A stretch of DNA of 64,000 nt from a virus: the IMG/VR virus record IMGVR_UViG_3300042868_004707, positions 32,001 to 96,000 of that record. One strand, written 5' to 3'. Of the stretch, positions 30,705 to 40,319 are shown piece after piece. Under the pieces are notes generated by a model. The model did not search any database and was not told the origin of the DNA. It saw nothing but the letters and a program-made list of their open reading frames with translations. A program made the translations under genes and the position numbers. Numbering within the stretch: the first letter of the stretch is position 1; every line of letters starts with the position of its first letter.

Positions 30705-30800
30705 TTATTTTTCAACTTTAGATGCACATTGTCCACATAACCCATTGGTTAATTGACATCCACATCCCACTCTAGCTCCGCATGAAGTACATTGTGCCAT
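30705..30800 (-). CDS. 31-aa six-cysteine miniprotein MAQCTSCGARVGCGCQLTNGLCGQCASKVEK
   Basis: Hand-translated; exactly fills the gap between flanking genes. Confidence 0.7.
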   Translation of the reverse strand: MAQCTSCGARVGCGCQLTNGLCGQCASKVEK

Positions 30801-30802
30801 AA

Positions 30803-31366
30803 TTAATAAAAGTTTATTAGGTAGTTGTTACCAGAACAACCACAGTTGGATTTTAAAAAGTTGTTTAACATATTATCTGCTTGAGCATATAATGTGTTTG
30901 ATTCATATTCTGCACAGTTATTAGCTGCTGAAATAGCTCCTTGAATAAAGAAGTTAATTGTATTTAATTGTACACTAGATTGTGTTTTAAGTGCTCTGTC
31001 ACATTCCATCATATTTAATTGAAGAAATGCGTTATCAAACTTTTCTTGAAGTTTATCAACACGTAATATTGTCTTCTCTACATAATTTGCATATGCAGGA
31101 GCAACGGAATATTTAATTCTATATATTCCATCAGGAAGAGCTTGATTGCAACCAGGATCTGTTATTCCTAAATTAGATGATGTAAATACATTGATTTCAT
31201 TAGGAACAAAAGGTAATATTTTGGTTCCAAATCCAGGAATGTCAATCTCAATAGATGGTGCAGAAACCACTGAAGGATTGGTAGGATATACAGAAGCATC
31301 TGCAACACCAAGTGTAAGTACACTATAAGTAGGAACTACTAATATATCTAATTGTAAGTTTGCCAT
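30803..31366 (-). CDS. Putative tail/neck structural protein, 187 aa
   Basis: LPDGIYRIKYS motif; position after the auxiliary capsid-like gene. Confidence 0.55.
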   Translation of the reverse strand: MANLQLDILVVPTYSVLTLGVADASVYPTNPSVVSAPSIEIDIPGFGTKILPFVPNEINVFTSSNLGITDPGCNQALPDGIYRIKYSVAPAYANYVEKTILRVDKLQEKFDNAFLQLNMMECDRALKTQSSVQLNTINFFIQGAISAANNCAEYESNTLYAQADNMLNNFLKSNCGCSGNNYLINFY

Positions 31367-31382
31367 GTTGTTTTTAAATAAA

Positions 31383-31420
31383 TATGCCAGAGGATGTGAG
31401 TTATCCTCTATCCCCTGGCA
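31383..31420 (-). terminator. Hairpin after the auxiliary capsid-like gene
   Basis: TATGCCAG-AGGAT...ATCC-CCTGGCATA inverted repeat. Confidence 0.45.
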
Positions 31421-31454
31421 TAGGTTATTATTAATTTACTCTCTTCTTTTATTC

Positions 31455-32645
31455 TTAAGGAATAAGAGTAGAAGTAGTAGTTGTTGTAGATGCAGGAGCA
31501 CTAGAAGTAGTTGTTGTAGTTGTGATACAAGCATTGTTATCAACAACAGCACCTAAAGCACCTTCTAAGATAGCTTGGAACTCATCTGTAAGATCATTAC
31601 CACCTTGAGGTACAGCAAGAATCACTGTAGAATCTTCCATGATGTAATCACCCCATTGGTACTCAGATCTGTTATACTCGTTAAATCTAATATAGAAAGT
31701 GTTATAAATAGCACCATCAGATACCCAAGACTCAAAGTTCTCGTTGTAACCATTCATTCTATATAAATGTTTCAAGTAACCAGCTTGGTAACTGTAGAAG
31801 TTTTTCTCTAATTGAGCAATTTCTGCAGATGTACCAGTAGCATAAGAAGCACGTTGTCTAATAATAGGATCAGCAACTAAATTACAAGCATCTGCTACAA
31901 TAAAGTCAGCAGTTGTAGCTGGACCAGAATAAACAAAAGTTCTAAAAGACATTCTATCATATTCAAAAGGGAACGCTGCGATATCACAAGGTTGACCATA
32001 TTTAGTTAATGGTTTTCCTGTAATACGTAATGTAGTTCCACCTATATTTTCAAATGTATAGAATGTAGAGAAAGAAATGTTATCAGGGTTGTTTCCTGGA
32101 GCTTTCAAGTTTAATTGATAGATCAAGTCATTGATGATAGTGTTAGCACTTACATCATCACATGGATTGTCATCACAATTACAACATGGAGCCTGAACAG
32201 TTACTGAACGAGTAAAACCATTGAAATACAATGTATCAATATAAGAAGAGTGAGCACGTAAAGTTAACGTGATAACTTCTCCACATTGTACAGTGAAATT
32301 AGTTACATCAGTAATTTGGTTTGCCGCAGTTGGACATCCTGTTACTTTGTACCATTCTGTTACATTAGAATTTTTTGTTGAAATTGTTTGAGCATTACCT
32401 GTTAATGCAGTTGTTTGAACACCAATCTTATCAGATCTTTTAGATCCTTGTAAATAAGTGTTTGTTCTACCTTGTGCAATGTAAAAGTACGGAAAGTTTT
32501 TAATAGTCGTACCAGTTACAGTAGCATACAAATTGTTAAAGATTCCCACAGTACCTGCAGTAAGGTCTTGTGTTGAGCCAGAGCTAGGGACAGCAGTTTG
32601 CCCTACTGGAACCACGAATAACGTGGTTAATGAAAAATCAGCCAT
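31455..32645 (-). CDS. Putative auxiliary capsid/decoration protein, 396 aa
   Basis: Strong codon bias, beta-rich, position downstream of MCP; Thr-rich C-terminal tail. Confidence 0.6.
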   Translation of the reverse strand: MADFSLTTLFVVPVGQTAVPSSGSTQDLTAGTVGIFNNLYATVTGTTIKNFPYFYIAQGRTNTYLQGSKRSDKIGVQTTALTGNAQTISTKNSNVTEWYKVTGCPTAANQITDVTNFTVQCGEVITLTLRAHSSYIDTLYFNGFTRSVTVQAPCCNCDDNPCDDVSANTIINDLIYQLNLKAPGNNPDNISFSTFYTFENIGGTTLRITGKPLTKYGQPCDIAAFPFEYDRMSFRTFVYSGPATTADFIVADACNLVADPIIRQRASYATGTSAEIAQLEKNFYSYQAGYLKHLYRMNGYNENFESWVSDGAIYNTFYIRFNEYNRSEYQWGDYIMEDSTVILAVPQGGNDLTDEFQAILEGALGAVVDNNACITTTTTTSSAPASTTTTTSTLIP

Positions 32646-32673
32646 TTTTATTTATTTTAAATGTTAATAAAGT

Positions 32674-33405
32674 TTATTCGTTTGTTTGTATTCTGAATTG
32701 AGCACTCTGAGCTGCAGAAGCATTTTCAGTATACATTGCTAGATTTTGTACTGTAAGATCTAACAATTCATCTTCTAAATATAATTCAAGTTCACAATCT
32801 TGATCAAATGATGGTGTTCCATCTAACATTATATATCCTGTCTTATTTATATATTGAGGATATCTCATGTACATTATGTAAACTTTTGTTGGTGTGAATG
32901 TACCATCTGTAAAATAACTTATCTCATCTGATGATAAAGAGTTGAATGTTTCTTGGTATTCAAAACTTGGTTTGTAATGATCATTATTCATAATGAACTG
33001 AAGATCACCATGTTTTGCAAGATCTCGATTAATCCAAATCTTTCTATTCTTACATCTTCCTTTGTCTGCTAAAACATATGAATCTATATAGAACATATAT
33101 TGTGGCTCAAGATTATGTACATACGTACACCATTGATTTATTTCAGGATTCTTTAATATAAGATCTAGAGGTTGGTGATTATAATTCATTATAAGACTTT
33201 GTAAGTCTTCATAACGTTTCTTAAACGAATCCATCCCTAATCCACTAGTAACACTAAGACCATCAACTTTTTGTTTTATCAACTTGATCTGAGCCTCATT
33301 CAAAGCTAAGATTTTGTCTTCTAATTGAATCTGTTGGTGCTCATTAGTTGATAGCTTATTTAGTTTCTGATCGATCTTATATAATAAACTATCTACTGGT
33401 ATCAT
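32674..33405 (-). CDS. Putative head-tail connector (ring) protein, 243 aa
   Basis: ALNEAQ N-terminal motif, YMRYP and CEL...DELLDLTV. Confidence 0.55.
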   Translation of the reverse strand: MIPVDSLLYKIDQKLNKLSTNEHQQIQLEDKILALNEAQIKLIKQKVDGLSVTSGLGMDSFKKRYEDLQSLIMNYNHQPLDLILKNPEINQWCTYVHNLEPQYMFYIDSYVLADKGRCKNRKIWINRDLAKHGDLQFIMNNDHYKPSFEYQETFNSLSSDEISYFTDGTFTPTKVYIMYMRYPQYINKTGYIMLDGTPSFDQDCELELYLEDELLDLTVQNLAMYTENASAAQSAQFRIQTNE

Positions 33406-33433
33406 ATTCTTTTATATTTATAAAACTAGCCTC

Positions 33434-34402
33434 TTAAATAGAAGCTAGTTTTTTAGTTTTTAATTTGCCTTCTAATACTAATAACTCATCTTGGTTATCA
33501 TCATCAGCAAGGAATTTAATTAAATCTTCTTCATCTTTAGCTATTTCAAACTCTCCTTCATAAACCTTACCATTAGGTTTGATTCTGTAGATAGAATGTG
33601 CAACAGCTTGTTTTACTAAATCTTTAATATGGAGTAAACTCTCTTTCATGTCAGCAAATCTATTGAACACTTCAACTGGATTTAATCCTGAATATTTACC
33701 ATTCTTGAATTCAGTTTGTTTCAATACATTATCTACTAAGTTGTATACAACCTCTTCTTTTGAATCTTCTGATACTGGAAGACCTAATAGTCTTGCAACT
33801 TTACGTTTCTTCTCAGGAGTCATAGAATCAAACTTAACAATTGCTTTGTTGATCAATTGTTTTTTCTTGAAGATCACTGCATTCTCAATCTCATCATCAA
33901 CAACATAAAACTGTGTTTCTGCTGGATATTCTCCTCTTTCCCATGCTTGGTGAGAAGATGCAATAGTTGGATGTACTCTCAACCATGAAAAGGCTATTTC
34001 TTGGAAAGCATTTGATAAATCAAAATAGTTATCACCATCCATTAATTTAACTGCTTGCACGTGAGTTTGATCATCTGGAGATAATGACAATCCATAGTTC
34101 CAAAATTTAGAACGTGGCCCTAAGTCAATATCACCTATTTCACTCTCAAGTTTTTTTCTAAGAGCAGTTACTCTTTCAACTTCAAGTTCTCTTTCAGTAT
34201 CATCTTTGATACGTCTAATGTAAGCAGCATCTGGATCAAGTCCCGTTCTATACTTACCATCTAATTCCTTATAAGGATATTTGAATACACCTGTACCAGG
34301 GATTCTTGTCATTCCTTTTTGTGCTAACCCACTATCCATTGTTTGTAACTGAGAACTATTATATTCTCTCTTAATAGTAGAAATTTTGCCTGTTTTACCC
34401 AT
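33434..34402 (-). CDS. Conserved capsid-block protein, 322 aa
   Basis: Clean ORF directly downstream of MCP and tRNA. Confidence 0.6.
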   Translation of the reverse strand: MGKTGKISTIKREYNSSQLQTMDSGLAQKGMTRIPGTGVFKYPYKELDGKYRTGLDPDAAYIRRIKDDTERELEVERVTALRKKLESEIGDIDLGPRSKFWNYGLSLSPDDQTHVQAVKLMDGDNYFDLSNAFQEIAFSWLRVHPTIASSHQAWERGEYPAETQFYVVDDEIENAVIFKKKQLINKAIVKFDSMTPEKKRKVARLLGLPVSEDSKEEVVYNLVDNVLKQTEFKNGKYSGLNPVEVFNRFADMKESLLHIKDLVKQAVAHSIYRIKPNGKVYEGEFEIAKDEEDLIKFLADDDNQDELLVLEGKLKTKKLASI

Positions 34403-34437
34403 AATGTAGTTATTTAATAATATTTGGTTTATTTTAG

Positions 34438-34511
34438 TTGCGTGGGAAGGACTCGAACCTTCGACCTCTGGATTATGAGTCCAGCAAGCTAACCAACTGC
34501 TCTACCACACG
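34438..34511 (-). tRNA. tRNA-Met(CAU), initiator type
   Basis: Full cloverleaf CGTGTGG...CTGGA-CTCATAA-TCCAG...GAAGG-TTCGAGT-CCTTC-CCACGCA-A; C1:A72 mismatch and A11:U24; CCA not encoded (ACTA). Confidence 0.92.
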
Positions 34512-34515
34512 ATTT

Positions 34516-34714
34516 GTAGAGTGTTCCCATTGAAGGGAATGCGACCAGGGACACCCCAATCCATCACTCTTACTTAGTTACGTTGTTTACACAAGAGGCT
34601 TGACTAAGTCTGTTTACTCTTTTAAAGTGCAGGTGCTAAGGCAAATGCTTAGTTGGGCACTGTGTTGAGAATCATCCCCTCGTAGGAGGGAGAGGAGTTG
34701 AGGGGATTCTTCTC
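34516..34714 (-). ncRNA. Structured non-coding region between MCP stop and tRNA-Met
   Basis: Four consecutive GC-rich stem-loop/junction elements in an AT-rich genome. Confidence 0.45.
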
Positions 34715-34726
34715 GGATTTTTATTA

Positions 34727-36289
34727 TTAGAATTGTGGCATTTCCTCAATCAACACAGTTCTAGATAAGTCTTCAATAAATACATCACATCTGTCTTTCA
34801 TCCAGATTTCGTATCCTGGGAATTTATTAGCAGAACTCATACCTTGAGATTTAGCAAAACCTAAGTGGTGACGAGTACCATCAATATAACCCCATGTCAT
34901 AGAAGGAGCACCTTTCATTCTCACTTCTCTAATATTGTTTACCATTGAACCATCAGACATTGGAGAAACATCAAACACCATAAATACTGGAGTAGATTTT
35001 TTGTTTTGTCCAAACTCTAAGTTAGTTTGAGGTAAATCTAATTCTTTTAAGTGGATCAATTCAACTCTACCAGTCTCACGAGTTACCATTGCATCAAATG
35101 CAAAGTTGTAAGTGATATGTTGTCCTTCACCTTGCATATATCTGTTTCCAGAATCTGCCATGAAAGTTAATCCAGAGTTTAATGCATCATTTTTCAAAGC
35201 TTGTTGGAACACGTCAAAACCAGCCTCGTTAGTGTACATTTTAACACTTCTATCTTTTACATCCACACGTCTGTAGAATAAATCTCCAAATACTGAACGG
35301 ATTAAGTTAGCAGAGAACTCACCTCTGTTGTATTGTACTAAGTTACCATTGTTTCTCATTCTGTGGTAAACACCAGCAGATGTACGTTTCAATTCTTGTT
35401 TAGAACCGTTAGTTTTAACTGTACCAGGCTTAGCCCAAATCATACGTTTAACTTTCAATTCTAACATTGATTTACGCATCCAGAATTCGATGAACGGTTC
35501 CCATTTAACATCATTACGAGTTAAAGGTAATTGGTTACGTCTTTGTGGAGCATATACTAAAATGTCTAATGGTTTACCAGAAGCATCTCTCATCATTTTG
35601 TCATCAGCCCACTCAGTGATTTTGTGCTCATATCCATATGCAGAACCTAAAGATTCGAACATAGTGATTTGCTCACCTAATCTTGGTAATCCTAATAAGT
35701 CTTGATCAAACTCACCAATAGCAGCGTCAACTAATTCTAGCTCAACACCATATTGTAAAAAGATAGGATTTACATAATCAACAACTGGGTTGTCAGTTAC
35801 TAATGTGAATGTGTATAAGTAACCCATGTTCCAAGGCACAGGATCTTTGATTACGTAGAATCTAGGACCATATTGACGTGTACCTACAGAAACGATAGCA
35901 TTTTTAGAGAATTCATTAGTATCTAATACTAAAGTGAATTCTTGACCATCGATACCTGTTTTACCAGACGTAATTAAATCTTGTGTGGTAGAAGGAATGT
36001 CAATAATTTTTGGGAACTTGTAAGGAACAGCTACTTGCCATTTCCAAGCATCACTATTATTATCAATGTAATAAGGTGTGCTTTTGTTGATCATGTCTAA
36101 GAAGTCATTACTGTACAACGAGCTCTGAGTATATAAAGAGATAATCTTTTTATCATAATCTGCAGGCTCAGTCGAGTGAAAACTCTCTAAGTGATTTGAG
36201 TCTGTAAGTTTCCCTACTGCACGTTTGTCCATAGACGCAACACGAGCATAAGTAAAACCTGTTAACCCAGGGATAGTTTGAATTGCCAT
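34727..36289 (-). CDS. Major capsid protein, 520 aa
   Basis: Position after portal and scaffold-like gene, strong codon bias, size typical of crAss-like MCP. Confidence 0.85.
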   Translation of the reverse strand: MAIQTIPGLTGFTYARVASMDKRAVGKLTDSNHLESFHSTEPADYDKKIISLYTQSSLYSNDFLDMINKSTPYYIDNNSDAWKWQVAVPYKFPKIIDIPSTTQDLITSGKTGIDGQEFTLVLDTNEFSKNAIVSVGTRQYGPRFYVIKDPVPWNMGYLYTFTLVTDNPVVDYVNPIFLQYGVELELVDAAIGEFDQDLLGLPRLGEQITMFESLGSAYGYEHKITEWADDKMMRDASGKPLDILVYAPQRRNQLPLTRNDVKWEPFIEFWMRKSMLELKVKRMIWAKPGTVKTNGSKQELKRTSAGVYHRMRNNGNLVQYNRGEFSANLIRSVFGDLFYRRVDVKDRSVKMYTNEAGFDVFQQALKNDALNSGLTFMADSGNRYMQGEGQHITYNFAFDAMVTRETGRVELIHLKELDLPQTNLEFGQNKKSTPVFMVFDVSPMSDGSMVNNIREVRMKGAPSMTWGYIDGTRHHLGFAKSQGMSSANKFPGYEIWMKDRCDVFIEDLSRTVLIEEMPQF

Positions 36290-36327
36290 TGTTTATTCGT
36301 TTTTTTGTTAATTATTAATTTGTTTTG

Positions 36328-37590
36328 TTATAAGAACCATGAATTAGGATTAGATTTTGAACCAGTAGCTCCAGTTGATTTAACTTTAGTTACTTGTCTT
36401 GCAACTTCTCCAAATAACTCGTTAGACTTTTTAGTCACACCTGTTTTTTGTATAGTTGATAATGTAGGATCTTTTTCTAACATCTTCATGATGAGCCCTA
36501 ACTTAACTTTCATTGCATGATTCTCTGGTCTTTTCATATCCAGAATAGCACGATCAAAGTCTGTAAGAGTTTCTCCTGAAGGAGTTTTCCACTTATCAAC
36601 TAATAAGAAGTCTTGTAGTTCGCCTGCTAATTTTGGATTGATAGGAATACCATCAAACTCTTTTGATTTTATTTTATCATTAAGAATGTCTTGAACGTTC
36701 TTAATATATTGATTTCTAATTTGTGCTTTTTGTTGTAATTCTTGTTCAGCCTTAACTTCCATTTGTTGCAACTTAACTGCTTCTTTTTTAACTAACACCT
36801 TGTGATGTTTAGTAGCTACGCTTTCAAGATCACCATAATTTTTAAATCTTTCAATCTCTGTATCAATATCTTCATTATCAAATCCTTGATCTAATAATGC
36901 TTGTCTCACTACTCTTGCTTGATTATCTTCATCACTAAGATCCATTTCAGCAAAACTAACTACTTGATTGTAAGTTCCAAAATACTCTTTAGGATTAACT
37001 CCTTTTACAAATATGGCTTCAAATGCTTGTTGATAATCTTCTCCAAATTGTCCTATGAAATTATTAACTGTTTCAATTGCACCTTTCTTCTTTTCTTCAT
37101 TGAATCGTTCTAAGAACTCTTCTGCAGTGGAGATTGGTTCTTGATCTTCATCTTCATCAGAAGTGAACACTCCTAATTTATAAAGATCGTTTGCAAGAGC
37201 AGTGAATTGTGTACCTTGTGGTTCATCCTCATCTCCATCAGCAGCAGCTTCTGTAGCTTTTGCAGGTTTTGCTGGAGCAGGTGTATCATCTTCATTATCA
37301 TCTTCATTATCACTCAAGAAATCAGAAATCATTGATTGTCCTTCTTGTTTTTCTTCATCTGTTTTACCATCAACGCTTTTAGGAGGAACAATGTCCTTAC
37401 CTTTTGGTACTGCTGGTGCATCTGGTGCAGCAGGAGCATCTGCGTTTTTAATAATAGGTTGAACATCATCTGGATTAGAAGATGCTGTCTCAGGTTCGAA
37501 TAATCCTTGAAGCAATTCTTGGTTACCCATACCCATTTCCATAGTATCTTGAATACTAAAGTTACCCATAGTTTCTAAATTATCAGCCAT
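36328..37590 (-). CDS. Acidic scaffold-like capsid assembly protein, 420 aa
   Basis: Very acidic disordered N-terminus plus helical C-terminus, between portal and MCP. Confidence 0.65.
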   Translation of the reverse strand: MADNLETMGNFSIQDTMEMGMGNQELLQGLFEPETASSNPDDVQPIIKNADAPAAPDAPAVPKGKDIVPPKSVDGKTDEEKQEGQSMISDFLSDNEDDNEDDTPAPAKPAKATEAAADGDEDEPQGTQFTALANDLYKLGVFTSDEDEDQEPISTAEEFLERFNEEKKKGAIETVNNFIGQFGEDYQQAFEAIFVKGVNPKEYFGTYNQVVSFAEMDLSDEDNQARVVRQALLDQGFDNEDIDTEIERFKNYGDLESVATKHHKVLVKKEAVKLQQMEVKAEQELQQKAQIRNQYIKNVQDILNDKIKSKEFDGIPINPKLAGELQDFLLVDKWKTPSGETLTDFDRAILDMKRPENHAMKVKLGLIMKMLEKDPTLSTIQKTGVTKKSNELFGEVARQVTKVKSTGATGSKSNPNSWFL

Positions 37591-37620
37591 ATGTAGTTGT
37601 ATTTATGTTTGGTTTATTAT

Positions 37621-37651
37621 GTAAAAGTATAATAAGAGTTTTTAATATCAA
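37621..37651 (-). promoter_or_regulatory. Bacteroidota-type promoter variant
   Basis: TTG-N19-TACTTTTAC upstream of the scaffold/MCP genes. Confidence 0.55.
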
Positions 37652-37706
37652 AGGAATATGCATCAATGTGATCCAATTTTCCAGATAATATAGCATTAAT
37701 ATTATT

Positions 37707-37726
37707 TACCCCTCCGAAGAGGGGCA
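37707..37726 (-). terminator. Hairpin after portal gene
   Basis: CCCCTC-TTCG-GAGGGG on the minus strand. Confidence 0.6.
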
Positions 37727-37732
37727 ACTTTT

Positions 37733-40318
37733 TTAACCTTTTTTGTTATTTCTACCCTTTGCATTCTCCTTAGCAACAGCAAGATCGTTTGCCATATTCT
37801 CTCTAGCTACAGCAATTTTCTCCATTTCTATTTGCTTCTTGTCGCTAGATTCTTTTGATTTAACTTGTATCTCTTGCATTTTCAATTGATATGCTTGAGC
37901 AGCTTTAGATTGATCATTTGATAATTTACTAACTTCTAAAGCATCAGCCACTCCTGAATTATCAACATCTGCTGCTGCATTTTCATTTCTACCTAATGCG
38001 TTAATGAGAGCAACTTCTTTCTTATTGATTCTATCAAGTTCGTTTTGGTAATCCTCATGAGCTTGATCAGCTTGTTTCATTTGAATAGCTTGTTGCATTT
38101 GAGCTTGTGCTTGTTGAGCTTGTTGTTCAACTTTTTGTTGTTCAAGTTGTTGAGCTTGTTGTTGTTGAGCAAGTTGTTGATCTCTAAGGTCTTTGAATGT
38201 TTTCTTCATTTCTCTCATAGACTTAGTGCTGTAAAGCTCAATAACATCGTATAATGAACCACCATTCTGCATCAAAGGTTGTGCCAATTGACGAAGCTCA
38301 TTAAACATTTGTGTATCTTCAGGTCTATTAGTTAAGAACACTTTCAAGTCACGGAATTTAAGGTCTGACCCATTCACTTGTACAAAAGCAGCTTCTCCTT
38401 CATTTGTAATATATGAAAGTGTAGATTGTGGCTTAGATGATTCTACATAAAGAGCAGCATCTATAATAGCTTGGTACAATTGTCCCATTACATATTCATG
38501 TGCTACAAATAGAGGCTCTGTCTGAGAATAACTTTGTTGCATAGCAGTGTTAGTACCTGTAGCACTTTCTGATGCAGCTATTGATCCCATACGTTGTCTA
38601 GACATACCTACAAGTTCCCAACACTCAGCTTTAAGTTGTTGTGCTAATGTATATCTAGATTGTATCTCCTGCGTACGTGTAAGATCAAGAGCTGTAAACT
38701 GATTGAATGAACTAGGACTCTTCATGTTTTCTGGAGAGTCATCAATAAATACCACTCCTCTGTTACGTGCTTCCATTTCCCATATGTCAAGAGCATCTTG
38801 TGCATCTCCATCTTTAGGAATAGGAATATGTCTTAATGACATAAGTTGAACCTTACCCACTTCTTTCTCAAGAAGTTTGTACAATTGATTCATACATACG
38901 TTATATAGCACTTGGAAAGGTTTCATAAGATCAACTAAGCTTTTAGCTTCTGTGTTCTTCACTTCATATGTTGTTCCTATAATAGGACAATAGTTTAAAA
39001 GCTTGAATGGTTTAATGTGATAGATGTCTGGTCCAATCTTAGTTCCTTGATACCATTCATTAATCCATCCCCATTCTAATGATTGTTGTGTAGGCATTGT
39101 GCCTGATTTATAAGTTTCATCAACAAGCATAGATTGTTCATTACCCATTTCATCTATATAGATAAGCTTACCTATCTTTCTTTTAGAAATCCAATAAGAA
39201 CGCACAACAACATATTTATAACCAAATGAACTTACGTTATTAGTTAAACCTAAGAAGTCTTTTAATCCATCATTGTTCTCTTTCATTTCTGATTCTATAA
39301 TCATACGTGTCTGAAGAACAAGAGGGTCAAATGTATCATACATTACAGAATCTTGTCCAGGAATAGCATCTGGGTTACCAAGGTTAGATTCTCTAACATT
39401 GATTAATCCATAGTCTTGTAACGATGAACGTAAGTGATCGATTTCCTCTTTTGTAAGATCTGGTATGCTTTCAATGATCTCTGAAAGCTCCATAACTTGT
39501 ACTGTACCAGCAGCATAGGCTCCCTGAGCTCTACCTGTGGGATCAGATATCCATTTTCTATCAGGAGTAGTAAGAAACCAGGTGTTCTTTGGGTTAGCCA
39601 CTTCGATGTTGAAACCAAGTTTCGAGTTGTCTTCATATATGTGATAAAATTGTCTAGCAGAAATAAGCATGTCTCTGAATGCATCTTCTGATTTTTCTTT
39701 TAAATTGAATTCAGCTTTTTGACAAGTAAGAATGTGGTTTGCCCATTTTTCAGCAACAGACGTGTAGCTATCTAACTGATCTTGAACTTGTTGCATTGTC
39801 ATTTGTTCAAGTTCTTCTTCAGGAATTTCATTTCCTTCCATAGCAGCTTTTGCCATGATTTGTTGTCTAGCTTGACTCATTACATATTGTTGTAATGTAT
39901 CTGTTTTAAACTGTAACTCTTCTGATTGACTATCATCATCAAAAGCTTTCACTCTAAATGTATCAGGTCTTTTACTGATTTCTCCTACTAATTCATTTAC
40001 AGGAGTGGTGATAATAGAATACATCTTTACATAAGCAGGAAGTTCTAAATCAGATGTTAACACATCTGTAAAGCTTCTCACCTCTGGTTCTTGATAGAAA
40101 TCTTCCATACGAAGAATGCCTTTCATAAGATCGTAATTCTTAACAAATGTATCTCTATTCTTTACATATTCAGCATATGCTTTATTAGAGAAATAATCCA
40201 TTGTGTTTTTGATCCAACTCTCGTCTTGCTTTTCTTTCTCTGTCTTAAACTGATCAGGAAAGATGTTTAAGTATGCATACCTGATTGTTGCATCTTTTGT
40301 ATATCTAATTATTGCCAT
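37733..40318 (-). CDS. Portal protein, 861 aa
   Basis: Follows TerL; VNELVGEISKRP, SLVDLMKPFQVLYN, Gln-rich C-terminal coiled coil. Confidence 0.88.
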   Translation of the reverse strand: MAIIRYTKDATIRYAYLNIFPDQFKTEKEKQDESWIKNTMDYFSNKAYAEYVKNRDTFVKNYDLMKGILRMEDFYQEPEVRSFTDVLTSDLELPAYVKMYSIITTPVNELVGEISKRPDTFRVKAFDDDSQSEELQFKTDTLQQYVMSQARQQIMAKAAMEGNEIPEEELEQMTMQQVQDQLDSYTSVAEKWANHILTCQKAEFNLKEKSEDAFRDMLISARQFYHIYEDNSKLGFNIEVANPKNTWFLTTPDRKWISDPTGRAQGAYAAGTVQVMELSEIIESIPDLTKEEIDHLRSSLQDYGLINVRESNLGNPDAIPGQDSVMYDTFDPLVLQTRMIIESEMKENNDGLKDFLGLTNNVSSFGYKYVVVRSYWISKRKIGKLIYIDEMGNEQSMLVDETYKSGTMPTQQSLEWGWINEWYQGTKIGPDIYHIKPFKLLNYCPIIGTTYEVKNTEAKSLVDLMKPFQVLYNVCMNQLYKLLEKEVGKVQLMSLRHIPIPKDGDAQDALDIWEMEARNRGVVFIDDSPENMKSPSSFNQFTALDLTRTQEIQSRYTLAQQLKAECWELVGMSRQRMGSIAASESATGTNTAMQQSYSQTEPLFVAHEYVMGQLYQAIIDAALYVESSKPQSTLSYITNEGEAAFVQVNGSDLKFRDLKVFLTNRPEDTQMFNELRQLAQPLMQNGGSLYDVIELYSTKSMREMKKTFKDLRDQQLAQQQQAQQLEQQKVEQQAQQAQAQMQQAIQMKQADQAHEDYQNELDRINKKEVALINALGRNENAAADVDNSGVADALEVSKLSNDQSKAAQAYQLKMQEIQVKSKESSDKKQIEMEKIAVARENMANDLAVAKENAKGRNNKKG

Positions 40319-40319
40319 G

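Noticed and set aside
27294-31530. CRISPR array, DGR or invertible cassette behind the repeats in the fibre region
   Set aside because: Repeats are Thr/Ser codon runs; no repeat-spacer pattern, reverse transcriptase, recombinase or flanking inverted repeats were seen
34575-34625. Twister or pistol ribozyme upstream of tRNA-Met
   Set aside because: Partial resemblance only; conserved catalytic nucleotides could not be placed
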